From Candidatus Colinaster equi (GTDB taxonomy: Bacteria > Bacillota > Clostridia > Lachnospirales > Lachnospiraceae): DNA of 64,000 nt. Made by a program: the position numbers and the translations under genes. Positions 7,650 to 20,143 of this stretch are shown here, piece after piece. Below the pieces are notes generated by a model that worked only from the letters and a program-made list of their open reading frames with translations, did no database searches and had not been told where the DNA came from. Position 1 is the stretch's first letter; the number at the start of each line of letters is the position of its first letter. The DNA is taken from contig JAGHVF010000012.1 in assembly GCA_018064425.1 (NCBI GenBank), forward strand, positions 28,486 through 92,485, in the 5' to 3' direction.

Positions 7650-9446
7650 TTACGCAAATTGAGCATTAAAAAGTTCACTGTAAAAGCCACCTTTTTCCAT
7701 AAGTTCTTCATGACTGCCCTGCTCAACAATATGTCCGTCTTTCATGGCAATAATAATGTCGGCATCCATTATTGTAGACAGTCTGTGTGCTACGATAAAT
7801 GTAGTTCTGCCATCCATTAATGTATGAAAAGCTTTTTGTATCTTTATTTCCGTACGTGTATCAATATTGGATGTAGCCTCGTCCAAAATAAGCACCGGTG
7901 GGAGTGCCAACATTACTCGTGCTATACATAGTAGCTGTCTCTGCCCCACGCTAAGTTCTACCCCGCTTTCGCCAAGCAGTGTATCATACCCGCCCGGCAA
8001 TCTTTTAATAAAGCTGTGAGCATGTGCATTCTTTGCAGCTAAAATAGCTTCCTCTCTACCGGCATCACTTCTGCCCACACATATATTTTCGAGTACCGTT
8101 CCTGTTTTAATCCATGTATCCTGCAATACCATTCCAAGATTATCTCGGACGTTTTGCCTATACAATGATGCAATATCCGTACCGTCTATCAAAATCGTAC
8201 CCTCATCAACATCATAGAACCGCATAAGCAAATTGATAAGTGTAGTCTTTCCGCAACCGGTCGGACCGACTATAGCAACTGTTTGTCCCGCTTTTACCTT
8301 AATATTGAAATTCTCAATAAGCGGTTTATCCTTCGAATATGCAAATGATACATTTCTAACCTCAACATTTCCGTCGATTACTTTAAAATCATCTGCCTTT
8401 CTATTTGTGACACTTGTGTCATTTATATCTTCTGCATTAGCAGATAATTCATTGTCGGCCTCATCATCCTGTTCCAATACACTAAAGACTTTCTGTGCAC
8501 AGGATAGGGCATTCTGTAATTCGGTTATAACACTGCTCACATCATTAAACGGCTTGGTGTATTGTGTTGCATAATTAAGCAATGCCGTCAGACTACCAAT
8601 AGTAATATGTCCTCCCAATACTCTGCCGGCTCCTACCAATGCAACAAGAGCATATACAATTGCATTTACAAAACGTGTACCGGGATTAACCGTAGATGAA
8701 TAGAACAATGCTTTGAGCGAGCAACCTGCCAGTTCATTATTAAGTTCTTCGAATCTGTCTATTGCAACATCTTCATAGCCGAAGTTTCTTACTGTTTTCT
8801 GATTCTCTAACATTTCGTTGATTAATGCCGTTTGTTTTGCTCTTATTGCAGACTGTTTAACGAACATGTTATGAGTTCTTGTCGCAACAAAATTAGCCAA
8901 AACAATTGATAACGGTGTCGCACAGACAACCACAATCGTTACAACATGGCTCATAGTCCACATATAGTATATTGTTCCGACAATAGTAATAAGTCCCGTA
9001 AATCCCTGGGTAAAACCTAAGAGTAATCCTTCCGATAAGGTATCAATATCAGCAATCATTCTGCTAACCAATTCGCCTGTAGGATTCTTATCCAAATACC
9101 CGATTGATACTCTTTGTAATTTACGAAAAACATCAGCTCTTATATCTTTTGTTATTTCAAAAGTAATCTTATTGTTGATTATTCCCATCAGCCACTGCAT
9201 TAATGCAGTAATTGCAACCCACCCGAGTGCTATTACCACATATTTCACAAGGCCCTGTAGATGATTGGATGCTAAAAGTGCTGCATTATCGTCAGTTACC
9301 GTCACAACTATTGCATCTATTGCCTGTCCGAAAGCAATAGGCACAAGCAGAGCCGTAAGGCTGGATACAAGTCCCAGTATAATTGACAAAAATACAAGGC
9401 ATTTATACCTTCCGATATAGGAGAGCAAAGTCTTTATAGCTTTCAT
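7650..9446 (-). CDS. Heterodimeric ABC exporter subunit (TMD-NBD) with intact catalytic Glu
   Basis: Six-TM domain, GPTGCGKT, signature LSVGQ, ILDEATS, AHR. TM288/EfrB-like. Confidence 0.9.
   Translation of the reverse strand: MKAIKTLLSYIGRYKCLVFLSIILGLVSSLTALLVPIAFGQAIDAIVVTVTDDNAALLASNHLQGLVKYVVIALGWVAITALMQWLMGIINNKITFEITKDIRADVFRKLQRVSIGYLDKNPTGELVSRMIADIDTLSEGLLLGFTQGFTGLITIVGTIYYMWTMSHVVTIVVVCATPLSIVLANFVATRTHNMFVKQSAIRAKQTALINEMLENQKTVRNFGYEDVAIDRFEELNNELAGCSLKALFYSSTVNPGTRFVNAIVYALVALVGAGRVLGGHITIGSLTALLNYATQYTKPFNDVSSVITELQNALSCAQKVFSVLEQDDEADNELSANAEDINDTSVTNRKADDFKVIDGNVEVRNVSFAYSKDKPLIENFNIKVKAGQTVAIVGPTGCGKTTLINLLMRFYDVDEGTILIDGTDIASLYRQNVRDNLGMVLQDTWIKTGTVLENICVGRSDAGREEAILAAKNAHAHSFIKRLPGGYDTLLGESGVELSVGQRQLLCIARVMLALPPVLILDEATSNIDTRTEIKIQKAFHTLMDGRTTFIVAHRLSTIMDADIIIAMKDGHIVEQGSHEELMEKGGFYSELFNAQFA
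8408..8421. repeat. Dispersed palindrome, copy 2
   Basis: TGACACTTGTGTCA, in the extended TMD-NBD linker (NDTSVTN). Confidence 0.75.
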
Positions 9447-11179
9447 ACTGTCTGCACCTCCTCATATTGTCTGCCTGCACTGTTATGTATTTCTTTATAT
9501 ACCTCGCAGTTATTCAACAGTTCTTCATGGGTACCAACGCCAACCATCTCTCCGTCTTCAAACACAAGTATCATATCAGCGTTCATAATAGAAGATGTTC
9601 TCTGCGATATAATGATCTTGGTCACGCCCTCTCCCACATTCTCTAATGCCTGTCTAAACGCCCGCTCCGTAACATAGTCCAGAGCAGATGTACTATCATC
9701 AAATAATACTATGTCGTGATGTGCGACTATCGCTCTAGCAATAGATAATCTTTGACGCTGTCCGCCGGAGAAATTGCGTCCATCTTGTTCTACGGCTGCG
9801 CTAAGTCCGCCTTTTTCGCATACAAAATCATAAGCCTGTGCAGCTTTAAGTGCCGTAATCATCTCCTCATTCGTACAATTTTTGTTTCCCATCCGCAGAT
9901 TATCTTCTATCGTACCTTTGATAAGCACCGCTTTCTGCAAAACGGCACATACTTTGGAATTAATATACTCTTTTGAATAGTCTTTAATATCCTTACCATA
10001 AAATCTGACACTACCGCTCGTAGCATCATATTGCCTGGTAAAAAGATTAACCATAGAACTCTTTCCGCTTCCTGTTCCACCGATTATTCCTATTGTCTGA
10101 CCGGCATAAATTTGTAATGAAACGTTCATCAATGCAGCTTCTTTGGCATCACCGTATGTAAGCGAAACATTCTCAAATTCAATCTGAGGAACTCCTTTTA
10201 TTACATCATCACCATTACTCTTTCCATATACCATAGATGGAGAAGTCTGCAAAACATCTGAGATTCTTCCCGCAGCTGTCACTCCTTTGTTAAGTGTTAC
10301 AACCAAATTGGACAATTTAACCAATTCCACAAGTATCTGTGACATATAGTTGTACAAGGCAATTACCTGTCCTGTTGAAAGTGTACCGGTTCTGACCTGC
10401 AATCCGCCTGTATATATTAGTACTGCAATGGCCAGATTGATTATCAAATACGTAACCGGGTTAAGCAATGCCGATATTGCTCCCGCATGTTTGCCGGCAA
10501 TAACATAATTTTTATTCACAGAATCAAAATCTTCGATTTCCTTTTTTTCAAGTCTGAAAGCGCGAAGAGTTCTTACACCCATGAGATTTTCTCTTACTAC
10601 TCGTGTAATATTATCCAACTTTCCCTGAGCTATCTTAAGTGCCGGAATATTGGCAGCTGTAATAACTGCAACCACCAAAAAGAGGACAATAATAACCGCA
10701 AGAAAAATGAGTGCTTCTTTGACATCAATTGTAAATGCCATTATCATGGCACCAAACACAACAAACGGACTACGTAAAAACAATCGTAAGAACATGTTAA
10801 CACCCGTTTGTGCCTGATTAATATCCGTTGTCATTCGATTAATCATAGTTGACGTCGTAAGTTTATCAGCATCGGCTGCGGATAATGACATCATGTGGCT
10901 AAACAATGCACTACGCACATTCGTTGCAAATCCGATGGCAGCTTTTGCGGCAAAATACTGTGCTGTAATGGCCGCAACCATGCCAACAAAGGCAAGCACA
11001 AAAAGTACAACTACTTTCTGCATAATAATGCCTGTATTGCCGCTTCCTATTCCATCATCAATTAATGCTGCAATGACAAGTGGCACAATCAACTCAAATG
11101 ACGCCTCAAGCATCTTAAACAAAGGTGCCAAAATACATTGCAATATGTACTTTTTTAAATAACGCAACAATTTCTTCAT
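9443..11179 (-). CDS. Heterodimeric ABC exporter subunit (TMD-NBD) with degenerate site
   Basis: GGTGSGKS, FSGGQ, Walker B FDD (Asp for Glu), SQR (Gln for His). TM287/EfrA-like. 4-nt overlap with its partner gene. Confidence 0.9.
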   Translation of the reverse strand: MKKLLRYLKKYILQCILAPLFKMLEASFELIVPLVIAALIDDGIGSGNTGIIMQKVVVLFVLAFVGMVAAITAQYFAAKAAIGFATNVRSALFSHMMSLSAADADKLTTSTMINRMTTDINQAQTGVNMFLRLFLRSPFVVFGAMIMAFTIDVKEALIFLAVIIVLFLVVAVITAANIPALKIAQGKLDNITRVVRENLMGVRTLRAFRLEKKEIEDFDSVNKNYVIAGKHAGAISALLNPVTYLIINLAIAVLIYTGGLQVRTGTLSTGQVIALYNYMSQILVELVKLSNLVVTLNKGVTAAGRISDVLQTSPSMVYGKSNGDDVIKGVPQIEFENVSLTYGDAKEAALMNVSLQIYAGQTIGIIGGTGSGKSSMVNLFTRQYDATSGSVRFYGKDIKDYSKEYINSKVCAVLQKAVLIKGTIEDNLRMGNKNCTNEEMITALKAAQAYDFVCEKGGLSAAVEQDGRNFSGGQRQRLSIARAIVAHHDIVLFDDSTSALDYVTERAFRQALENVGEGVTKIIISQRTSSIMNADMILVFEDGEMVGVGTHEELLNNCEVYKEIHNSAGRQYEEVQTV

Positions 11180-11204
11180 AAACTCTCAAACCACATTTCT
11201 ACTG

Positions 11205-11234
11205 AAAAAATCCTCTGCACAAAGTGCAGAGGAT
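11205..11234 (-). terminator. Rho-independent terminator after the DHH gene
   Basis: ATCCTCTGCAC/GTGCAGAGGAT stem with a T-run on the minus strand. Confidence 0.8.
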
Positions 11235-11239
11235 ATATC

Positions 11240-12166
11240 TTATGCATTAGCCATATTGGTTAATTCTTCAAGCATCTTGGATAATCCGCTCTCCATATTT
11301 TCATTAGAGAACTGACAGGTGCCGACTTTTTTATGTCCGCCACCTCCGTATTTAAGCATCAAGCTTCCTACGTCTACATTTGAAGTCTTATTAATAATAC
11401 TGTATCCTACTGCTGCAGAACATCCCTGACCGCCACGTCCGCTAACAATCCAGGCTGAAATATTCTGCTCAGGGTACATACTGTAAATCATAAATCGATT
11501 ACCTGTGTAGATGGGATCAACACCTCTCAAGTCACTGATAATGAGATTACCCTCTACTCTGGTATGAGCTTTTACCATCTCTTTAAATTTCTGTGTCTGC
11601 TCATTATATACTTCGATTCGCTCTTTAACATCCGGCAAATTGAGAATCTGCTCTGTACTCATATCCTTGCAGGCAAACATCAATTTTTCCATAAGCTGAT
11701 AATTAGATACTGTAAACTGTCTCCATCTACCCAAGCCTGTTCTTGGATCCATAAGAAAACCGACAAGAATCCAGCCGGTAGGATTCATTATCTCATCAAC
11801 CGTAAGATTACCTGAATCAACTTTATCAACAGCTACCATCATATCGTCAAAGTTAGGAAACTTCTCTTTTCCACCATAATACTCATATATTATTCTTGCA
11901 CATGAAGGTGTAATTCTGCTTTCGCCCTTATACTTTCCTTCCAATGCGAGTCTCTCATGCTCACTCGAATGATGATCAAACCACAGACCACAACCTTCTA
12001 CATACGGAACGTTGGCCAAACAATCATTCTCATCAATCTCAACCAAACCATCTTGTAAATCCTTCGGATGTGCAAACTTCCATGTATCAACCACACCGGC
12101 AGCAAGTAATAATGCGCCACATGCAAGTCCATCAAAATCCGAACGTGTAACCAATCTCATAGCCAT
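11240..12166 (-). CDS. DHH/DHHA1-family phosphoesterase (exopolyphosphatase-like)
   Basis: RLVTRSDFDG, FDHH, GGGGH motifs. Start moved to ATG 12166 (RBS GGAGG). Confidence 0.8.
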   Translation of the reverse strand: MAMRLVTRSDFDGLACGALLLAAGVVDTWKFAHPKDLQDGLVEIDENDCLANVPYVEGCGLWFDHHSSEHERLALEGKYKGESRITPSCARIIYEYYGGKEKFPNFDDMMVAVDKVDSGNLTVDEIMNPTGWILVGFLMDPRTGLGRWRQFTVSNYQLMEKLMFACKDMSTEQILNLPDVKERIEVYNEQTQKFKEMVKAHTRVEGNLIISDLRGVDPIYTGNRFMIYSMYPEQNISAWIVSGRGGQGCSAAVGYSIINKTSNVDVGSLMLKYGGGGHKKVGTCQFSNENMESGLSKMLEELTNMANA

Positions 12167-12315
12167 ACTACTATCCTCCAAAATATTTTGATTGATATGC
12201 TCATGTCCCCTTCAATCACATCATCAAACACATATATTATTCTATAAAAATATCATACGTTCATCAACCTCTTTTTGACATTTTTATCAATGTTTAAGAC
12301 AAAATATAGTTTTTA

Positions 12316-13287
12316 TTACGATATATTCTGTCCAAACACAACCATTCTTGCCGCTGAAGTATATTGTGCCAGGGTTTTTGCTTTTTTGATTGCTTTCAAT
12401 TCTTTCGAAAAATTTTCCCCATATGAGCCACCAAGATAGCACCATATTTCCTTCATTTTATGCAATACCGGCATTTCACCCGACATAATTGCCATATAAT
12501 CAATACGCAATTTTTCCAAAAAATCCCATATTTCTTCGCATGTTTCCTTTTCTTTTGATGTTATATTACGGATTAATCCCGGAGAAGCCACAATACCTCT
12601 GCCAATCATAATTCCGCTTGTAGTTATCTGTCCTTCTTTCAAATCCGCTCCCTCACCGAATCTGCTTTCTATGCTTTGAGCATCTTTGGCACATCTTACA
12701 TCTCCATTGTAAATAATGCTGCCATTATAATTGCAGGTCGCATATTCGTACATAGCCATATCAGGTTGTCCGTTATAGAATTGCTCTCTCACTCTCGGAT
12801 GAATAATAAGTTCCTCAAGCGGATATTTGTTATATATCTCAAGCAGTTCCGCAAACTCCTCGCTATCATACATTCCAAGACGTGTTTTCACACTTACTTT
12901 AGCTTTTGTATGCTCAAAAATGTAATCAAGATATCTGTCAACACCCTCCGGATCGGCTAGAAAGCCTGCCCCTCTTCCTTTGCTTACAACAGTTCCCGAC
13001 GGGCATCCAAGATTAAGATTGTATTCCTCATAACCATATTCCAATAATGCCGATTCTATTCGAATAACTTCTTTTGGCACACTGGTCATGATTTGCGGAA
13101 TCAGATTGATTCCCACATTGTGCTCAGGACACAATTGATTCTCCTCTTTATTTGTAAGAATATGTTTTTCGTACGGCATAATAAAAGGAGCGAAGTATTT
13201 ATCTATTCCCTCCCCAAAATATTCATGTACCGCATTTCTGAACACATATGTTGTTATACCCTCTAACGGTGCCAAATAGTATTTCAT
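12316..13287 (-). CDS. tRNA-dihydrouridine synthase family protein
   Basis: LAPLEG, NLNLGCP, VSVKTRLG, IHPR, YNGDV, MIGRG. Start moved to MKYYLAP at 13287. Confidence 0.9.
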   Translation of the reverse strand: MKYYLAPLEGITTYVFRNAVHEYFGEGIDKYFAPFIMPYEKHILTNKEENQLCPEHNVGINLIPQIMTSVPKEVIRIESALLEYGYEEYNLNLGCPSGTVVSKGRGAGFLADPEGVDRYLDYIFEHTKAKVSVKTRLGMYDSEEFAELLEIYNKYPLEELIIHPRVREQFYNGQPDMAMYEYATCNYNGSIIYNGDVRCAKDAQSIESRFGEGADLKEGQITTSGIMIGRGIVASPGLIRNITSKEKETCEEIWDFLEKLRIDYMAIMSGEMPVLHKMKEIWCYLGGSYGENFSKELKAIKKAKTLAQYTSAARMVVFGQNIS

Positions 13288-13302
13288 AACACTCAACCTT
13301 GC

Positions 13303-13348
13303 AAAAAACAAAGCATCCAAATATCTGCATAACAGATATTGGATGCTT
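13303..13348 (-). terminator. groESL terminator
   Basis: AAGCATCCAA(A)TATCTG/CAGATATTGGATGCTT stem, followed on the minus strand by TGTTTTTT. Confidence 0.75.
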
Positions 13349-13370
13349 AACAATACATATCAACGATGGA

Positions 13371-15292
<1,922 letters not shown>

Positions 15293-15317
15293 AATATAGC
15301 CTCCTATCGCTTATATT

Positions 15318-15344
15318 TTGTCACTCGACGTTTGCGAGTGCTAA
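15318..15344 (-). promoter_or_regulatory. CIRCE element (HrcA operator)
   Basis: Minus strand TTAGCACTC-N9-GAGTGACAA versus consensus TTAGCACTC-N9-GAGTGCTAA (2 mismatches), between the promoter and groS. Confidence 0.9.
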
Positions 15345-15364
15345 CAATCTCTCAACAATTATCT

Positions 15365-15392
15365 ATTTTAGCCATTTTCGCATTTTTTGCAA
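15365..15392 (-). promoter_or_regulatory. Putative sigma-A promoter of groESL
   Basis: TTGCAA-16 nt-TAAAAT just upstream of CIRCE. Confidence 0.6.
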
Positions 15393-15457
15393 GGTATAAA
15401 TGACCGTTTTTAGCAATTTTATACTTTTTTAATATTCACGCACTTAATCAATCACAA

Positions 15458-16642
15458 TTAGTGCTCTTTATTCTTTCCAAGCAACAGAATTGAGATAATC
15501 ATAATTACCGTTCCTGCTGCACCCAATGCTGTTGCAATTCCAAGCATTGTATGTGTTCCGTATTGATCCAATGCCCTTCCGCATACAAGTGCCGAAAATA
15601 CACCGCCCAATGTTATTGCCATATTGGTATATGCCTGGCCCTTTGTTTTATCACCCTGTTCCATAATATTTTCTGCCAAATATGCTGCACCGGGAATAAA
15701 CAAAGCATACGCAAACATCTGGCATACCTGCGAAATATACGCCATTATCAGATTACTTGCCAAGAACATAATAAGACTTTTTACGGTGAACATTACCGCA
15801 GACAATATCAATATTTTCTTAATTCCGACTTTGCGTCGCACTATTTCAAACAAAGCCATAGCCGGCAGTTCCAGACATGCTGCAAGCATAACCATCCTAC
15901 CCATTATCTCTTCGTTACCGCCAATCGGTGTGATAATCTGAATAAGATAATCATTAAGTGCATTATGTGAAAAGAACAGACATGCACCGCCGAATACAAA
16001 CAGCATAAATACAGGATATGTCTTTACAAATCCCCAAAGCGAATCATTTCGCTTCGCTATTTTTTCTTCCTGTAACTCTTCATTACATATTGCTGAATTT
16101 TTAAATGTTAATAACAAAACGGCACCAACCGCAAAAATCACAACATTTACTATTAGCATCTTATCAACACCCGATTGTGCCACAAGTCTGCCGGTAAACA
16201 ATGACGTGACCGCAAAACCGCATGAGCCCAAACCTCTTGCCAGGCCGAAATTAATCTTATCACCTTTTGCAGTATATTCAAAATTCATCGCCTGAATCAA
16301 AGGCTGATATGCCATCTGCAATGTATAGAGTATCACATACATAATGAAAACTATGGCCATAACATTAACAAAATATAGCATAATGCAAAGTACGGCACAA
16401 AGAGTCGCACAAGCCATAGACACTCTTCTGTTTGTAACGGAAGCATACTTATCAATTATTCCTGCCCAAATAGGTCCTACTACCACAGATAAAATATTGG
16501 CCAATGCAAGAATCACACCAACAAGAGTATTGCTGAATCCTCGATCCAACAAAAATACCGCAGCATATGCATGCGCACCCGAATATGCTGCAAAATAGAA
16601 TATATTAATAAGTGCATAATGTACAGTTCTGTTCTTACCCAT
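15458..16642 (-). CDS. MFS transporter (LacY/nucleoside:H+ symporter-like)
   Basis: 394 aa, about 12 TM, WAGIIDK after TM2, FGLARGLGS, ELPAM. Confidence 0.85.
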   Translation of the reverse strand: MGKNRTVHYALINIFYFAAYSGAHAYAAVFLLDRGFSNTLVGVILALANILSVVVGPIWAGIIDKYASVTNRRVSMACATLCAVLCIMLYFVNVMAIVFIMYVILYTLQMAYQPLIQAMNFEYTAKGDKINFGLARGLGSCGFAVTSLFTGRLVAQSGVDKMLIVNVVIFAVGAVLLLTFKNSAICNEELQEEKIAKRNDSLWGFVKTYPVFMLFVFGGACLFFSHNALNDYLIQIITPIGGNEEIMGRMVMLAACLELPAMALFEIVRRKVGIKKILILSAVMFTVKSLIMFLASNLIMAYISQVCQMFAYALFIPGAAYLAENIMEQGDKTKGQAYTNMAITLGGVFSALVCGRALDQYGTHTMLGIATALGAAGTVIMIISILLLGKNKEH

Positions 16643-16654
16643 ATATCCCCCGCC

Positions 16655-17455
16655 TTAAAGGCTCTCAATTAAGCGCGCCAGACCATCATTATCATTATCG
16701 TACTCGGTTATTATTTCTGCGATGTTCTTAACTTCATCGCAACCGTTACACATTGCAATACCATGTCCTGCTGCTTCAATCATCGACAAATCATTCATTG
16801 CATCTCCTGCGGCATACGCATCATCAATCGCAATATCAAGAGCATCACACAACCAGGTAACAGCATCACCCTTACCTGATGTTATATTGAAAATTTCCAG
16901 ATATATATCCGAAGAAAAAACGGCATTTATTCTGTCACCGTATTCTTCCAGTATTCTGTTTTGTAATTCATACAGCTTATCTTTATTATTCAAATCTGCC
17001 GCGAGCAACTTATACGGCGGATTCTTCAGCTTATCCAAAGGATTGGCACATTCCTCATATGGAATATGTATCTTTTTTGTGTAGTGCTTTATTTCATCAT
17101 CGTCGGCACATGTCAAAATCGTATCATCGGTATATGTCTGAATATGTATCCCCATATCCAAAGCCATTTTCCAAATGTTTACCGTATCTTCAAATGATAC
17201 CGTCTTTTTACGTATAACTTCATCCTTTGTGCAATCATATATTACCGAGCCGTTATTTGCTATAATATACATCCCATCAAATGCAATGTTTTGTGTATTC
17301 CTAACTTCCATTACGCTTGGAAGCGGTCTTCCGCTTGCCAACACAAGTTTACCGCCGTTTCCAATATACGTGCGTAGCACATTTGCCGTATATTCCGACA
17401 CCTTTGATTCATTATTAAGCAAAGTATAATCCAAATCGGTAAATAGTATCTTCAC
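16655..17455 (-). CDS. Cof-type HAD-IIB hydrolase
   Basis: DLDYTLL, ASGR, NNGS, KG, GDAMNDLSM. Confidence 0.92.
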   Translation of the reverse strand: MKILFTDLDYTLLNNESKVSEYTANVLRTYIGNGGKLVLASGRPLPSVMEVRNTQNIAFDGMYIIANNGSVIYDCTKDEVIRKKTVSFEDTVNIWKMALDMGIHIQTYTDDTILTCADDDEIKHYTKKIHIPYEECANPLDKLKNPPYKLLAADLNNKDKLYELQNRILEEYGDRINAVFSSDIYLEIFNITSGKGDAVTWLCDALDIAIDDAYAAGDAMNDLSMIEAAGHGIAMCNGCDEVKNIAEIITEYDNDNDGLARLIESL

Positions 17456-18306
17456 TTATATCTTTCCTCCCATGCGGCTTTAAGATTATCCCATACTTCC
17501 TCGGGTACATATAATGAACCGAAGCCCGTACCCAAATCTGTTTTGGGTTTGGCCTCACCATGATAATCCGAGCCACCCGATATTAGCAATCCGTTCTTTT
17601 TTGCAAATTCTCTTGTTTTTCTTTCATCGTTACCTACATTTGTTGTATATATAGCCTCAACAGCCATAAGTCCCGCAGGTAACAAAGTATCCGTTAACTT
17701 CTGAATCCTGTCCCAACTCATATGATACAGCAGCGGATGAGCCAACACCGGAATTCCTTTTGCCTTTACAATCAATTCCACGCCCTCTGCGGCAGAAATC
17801 TTACTGCGAGGAACAAAATACGGACATCTGTCACCGACATATCTTTCAAATGCTTCCTTGAGATATGTTGTATATCCAAGTTCCAGCATATATCTGGCAA
17901 AATGAGCTCTTGTTATCACACTGCCTTCATATCTGGCACTCATTTCATCAAAATCAATCGGCATTCCTGCTTCGGTAAGCAATTGACACATCTTTCGGTT
18001 ACGTTTTTCTCTCTGGTCGACAAAATCCTGCAGATACTTTGCAAAATCCGGTGCATTATAATCAATATTCAAACCTACGATATGTATATCCTGACCTTCA
18101 AAAGCGGTTGCAAGTTCCACGCCCGGCACAAGTTCGATATCCTTGTCTTTGGCATATTCTATCGCCTCTTCAAGACCGTCAATCGAATCATGATCGGTAA
18201 TTGCAAGTGTTGACAAATTCTTACTGATTGCATAATCAATAAGCTCTTTTGGAGTCATACTTCCATCCGAATATAATGTATGTGTATGCAAATCTATTGC
18301 GCGCAT
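17452..18306 (-). CDS. PHP-domain phosphoesterase (TrpH/YciV-like)
   Basis: IDLHTHTLYSDG, ITDHD, GVE, LAHP, GGSDYHG. Start moved to ATG 18306 (RBS GGGAGA). Confidence 0.9.
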   Translation of the reverse strand: MRAIDLHTHTLYSDGSMTPKELIDYAISKNLSTLAITDHDSIDGLEEAIEYAKDKDIELVPGVELATAFEGQDIHIVGLNIDYNAPDFAKYLQDFVDQREKRNRKMCQLLTEAGMPIDFDEMSARYEGSVITRAHFARYMLELGYTTYLKEAFERYVGDRCPYFVPRSKISAAEGVELIVKAKGIPVLAHPLLYHMSWDRIQKLTDTLLPAGLMAVEAIYTTNVGNDERKTREFAKKNGLLISGGSDYHGEAKPKTDLGTGFGSLYVPEEVWDNLKAAWEERYK

Positions 18307-18320
18307 TTTATCTCCCAAAT

Positions 18321-18359
18321 AAAAAGCCATAGTCGCAGGGCGCACCGTACCACTATGGC
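18321..18359 (-). terminator. Probable terminator after the ABC-F gene
   Basis: GCCATAGT/ACTATGGC stem plus T5 on the minus strand. Confidence 0.6.
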
Positions 18360-18365
18360 CATAAA

Positions 18366-20003
18366 TCAATCTTCGTCGTCTTCGCCATCACTTGTATAAA
18401 CAGTACGTTTTCTTGCCATTTCATCACTCTCAAGATATTCATCATATGTAGTGATTTTGTCAATCATCGTTCCGTCAGGCAAAAACTCAATAATTCTGTT
18501 AGCTGTTGTCTGTACAATCTGGTGGTCACGGCATGCAAACAATTCAACTCCCGGGAACTTAATCATACCATCATTAAGAGCAGTAATTGCTTCCATATCC
18601 AAGTGGTTGGTCGGTTCATCAAAAATGAGACAGTTTGCTCCGGAAATCATCATTTTTGACAACAGACATCTTACCTTCTCTCCACCTGACAATACCTTTA
18701 CCTTTTTAACACCGTCATCACCTGCAAACAACATTCTTCCGAGGAATCCTCTGACATATGTAACATCCTTCACCGGAGAATAACCTGTCAACCACTCCGT
18801 TATAGAGTAATCATTATTGAATTCCTCGGTAAAGTCCTTCGGGAAGTACGCCTGTGATGTAGTAACGCCCCATTTGTATGTACCTTCATCAGGTTCCATC
18901 TCACCTGCAAGTATCTTAAACAATGTAGTTTTTGCCAATTCATTGCCGCCTACGAATGCAATCTTATCATCATGACCTACGGTAAATGTGACATTATCAA
19001 GTATTTTCTTACCCTCTATTGTTTTTGAAATGCCTTCTACAAACAATACTTCATTTCCGATTTCTCTATCCGGTCTAAAATCAATATAAGGATATTTTCT
19101 GCTACTTGGCTTAATTGTATCAAGCTCAATCTTCTCAAGAGCTCTCTTACGTGAAGTTGCCTGCTTTGATTTTGACGCATTTGCAGAGAATCTTGAGATG
19201 AATTCCTGCAATTCCTTAATCTTTTCCTCTTTTTTCTTATTGGCTTCTTTCATTTGCTTGATAAGCAACTGTGATGACTCATACCAGAAATCATAATTAC
19301 CTGCATAAAGCTGAATCTTGCCATAATCAATATCTGCAATCTGTGTACATACCTTATTAAGGAAATATCTATCATGAGAAACTACAATAACAGTATTCTC
19401 AAAATTAATCAGGAATTCTTCAAGCCATGCAATTGCATCCATGTCCAAGTGGTTGGTCGGCTCATCAAGTAAAAGAATATCCGGATTACCGAACAATGCT
19501 CTTGCAAGCAATACCTTAACCTTCTTGCTACCGTCAAGATCGGACATCATATAATAATGAAACTCAGTATCTATACCCAATCCATTAAGCAACATAGCCG
19601 CATTGGACTCAGCTTCCCAACCGTCCATCTCAGCAAACTCCGCCTCGAGTTCTGCAGCTCTTACACCATCTTCATCCGAAAAATCTTCCTTGGCATAGAT
19701 TGCATCTTTTTCCTTCATGATGTCATAAAGTCTCTGGTTACCCATGATTACGGTATCCATAACCGTATATGCGTCATATTTGAAATGGTCCTGTTCAAGG
19801 ACAGACATTCTCTGTCCCGGAGTCATCGCTATATCTCCGTTTGTTGTCTCGAGCTTTCCGCTAAGTATCTTAAGGAAGGTTGACTTACCGGCACCGTTGG
19901 CACCTATAAGTCCATAGCAATTGCCCTCCGTAAATTTAATATTAACATCCTCGAAAAGGGCTTTTTTGCCGATTCTCAAGGTTACATTATTGGCACTAAT
20001 CAT
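18366..20003 (-). CDS. ABC-F family ribosome-associated ATPase (YbiT/YkpA-like)
   Basis: Two NBDs and no TM. GANGAGKST, LDEPTNHLD twice, inter-domain linker FSANASKSKQATSR. Start moved to ATG 20003 (RBS GGAGGA). Confidence 0.92.
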   Translation of the reverse strand: MISANNVTLRIGKKALFEDVNIKFTEGNCYGLIGANGAGKSTFLKILSGKLETTNGDIAMTPGQRMSVLEQDHFKYDAYTVMDTVIMGNQRLYDIMKEKDAIYAKEDFSDEDGVRAAELEAEFAEMDGWEAESNAAMLLNGLGIDTEFHYYMMSDLDGSKKVKVLLARALFGNPDILLLDEPTNHLDMDAIAWLEEFLINFENTVIVVSHDRYFLNKVCTQIADIDYGKIQLYAGNYDFWYESSQLLIKQMKEANKKKEEKIKELQEFISRFSANASKSKQATSRKRALEKIELDTIKPSSRKYPYIDFRPDREIGNEVLFVEGISKTIEGKKILDNVTFTVGHDDKIAFVGGNELAKTTLFKILAGEMEPDEGTYKWGVTTSQAYFPKDFTEEFNNDYSITEWLTGYSPVKDVTYVRGFLGRMLFAGDDGVKKVKVLSGGEKVRCLLSKMMISGANCLIFDEPTNHLDMEAITALNDGMIKFPGVELFACRDHQIVQTTANRIIEFLPDGTMIDKITTYDEYLESDEMARKRTVYTSDGEDDED

Positions 20004-20143
20004 CTTATACTCCTCCATGCAGTCTAATTTACACTAATCTACACATCGTCGTCTATTGTACAAGTTAGTCGAAAAAAAAGCAAGCACGCCCACAACGTGC
20101 CTGCAAAACATAAACGCAATTCGACTATCAAAAAATCACAAAT

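Noticed and set aside
7650-11179. ABC exporter pair as the dedicated exporter of the double-glycine leader peptide
   Set aside because: Neither subunit has an N-terminal C39 peptidase domain. The motifs are those of an ordinary TM287/288-type heterodimeric exporter, so any PCAT must be encoded outside the window.
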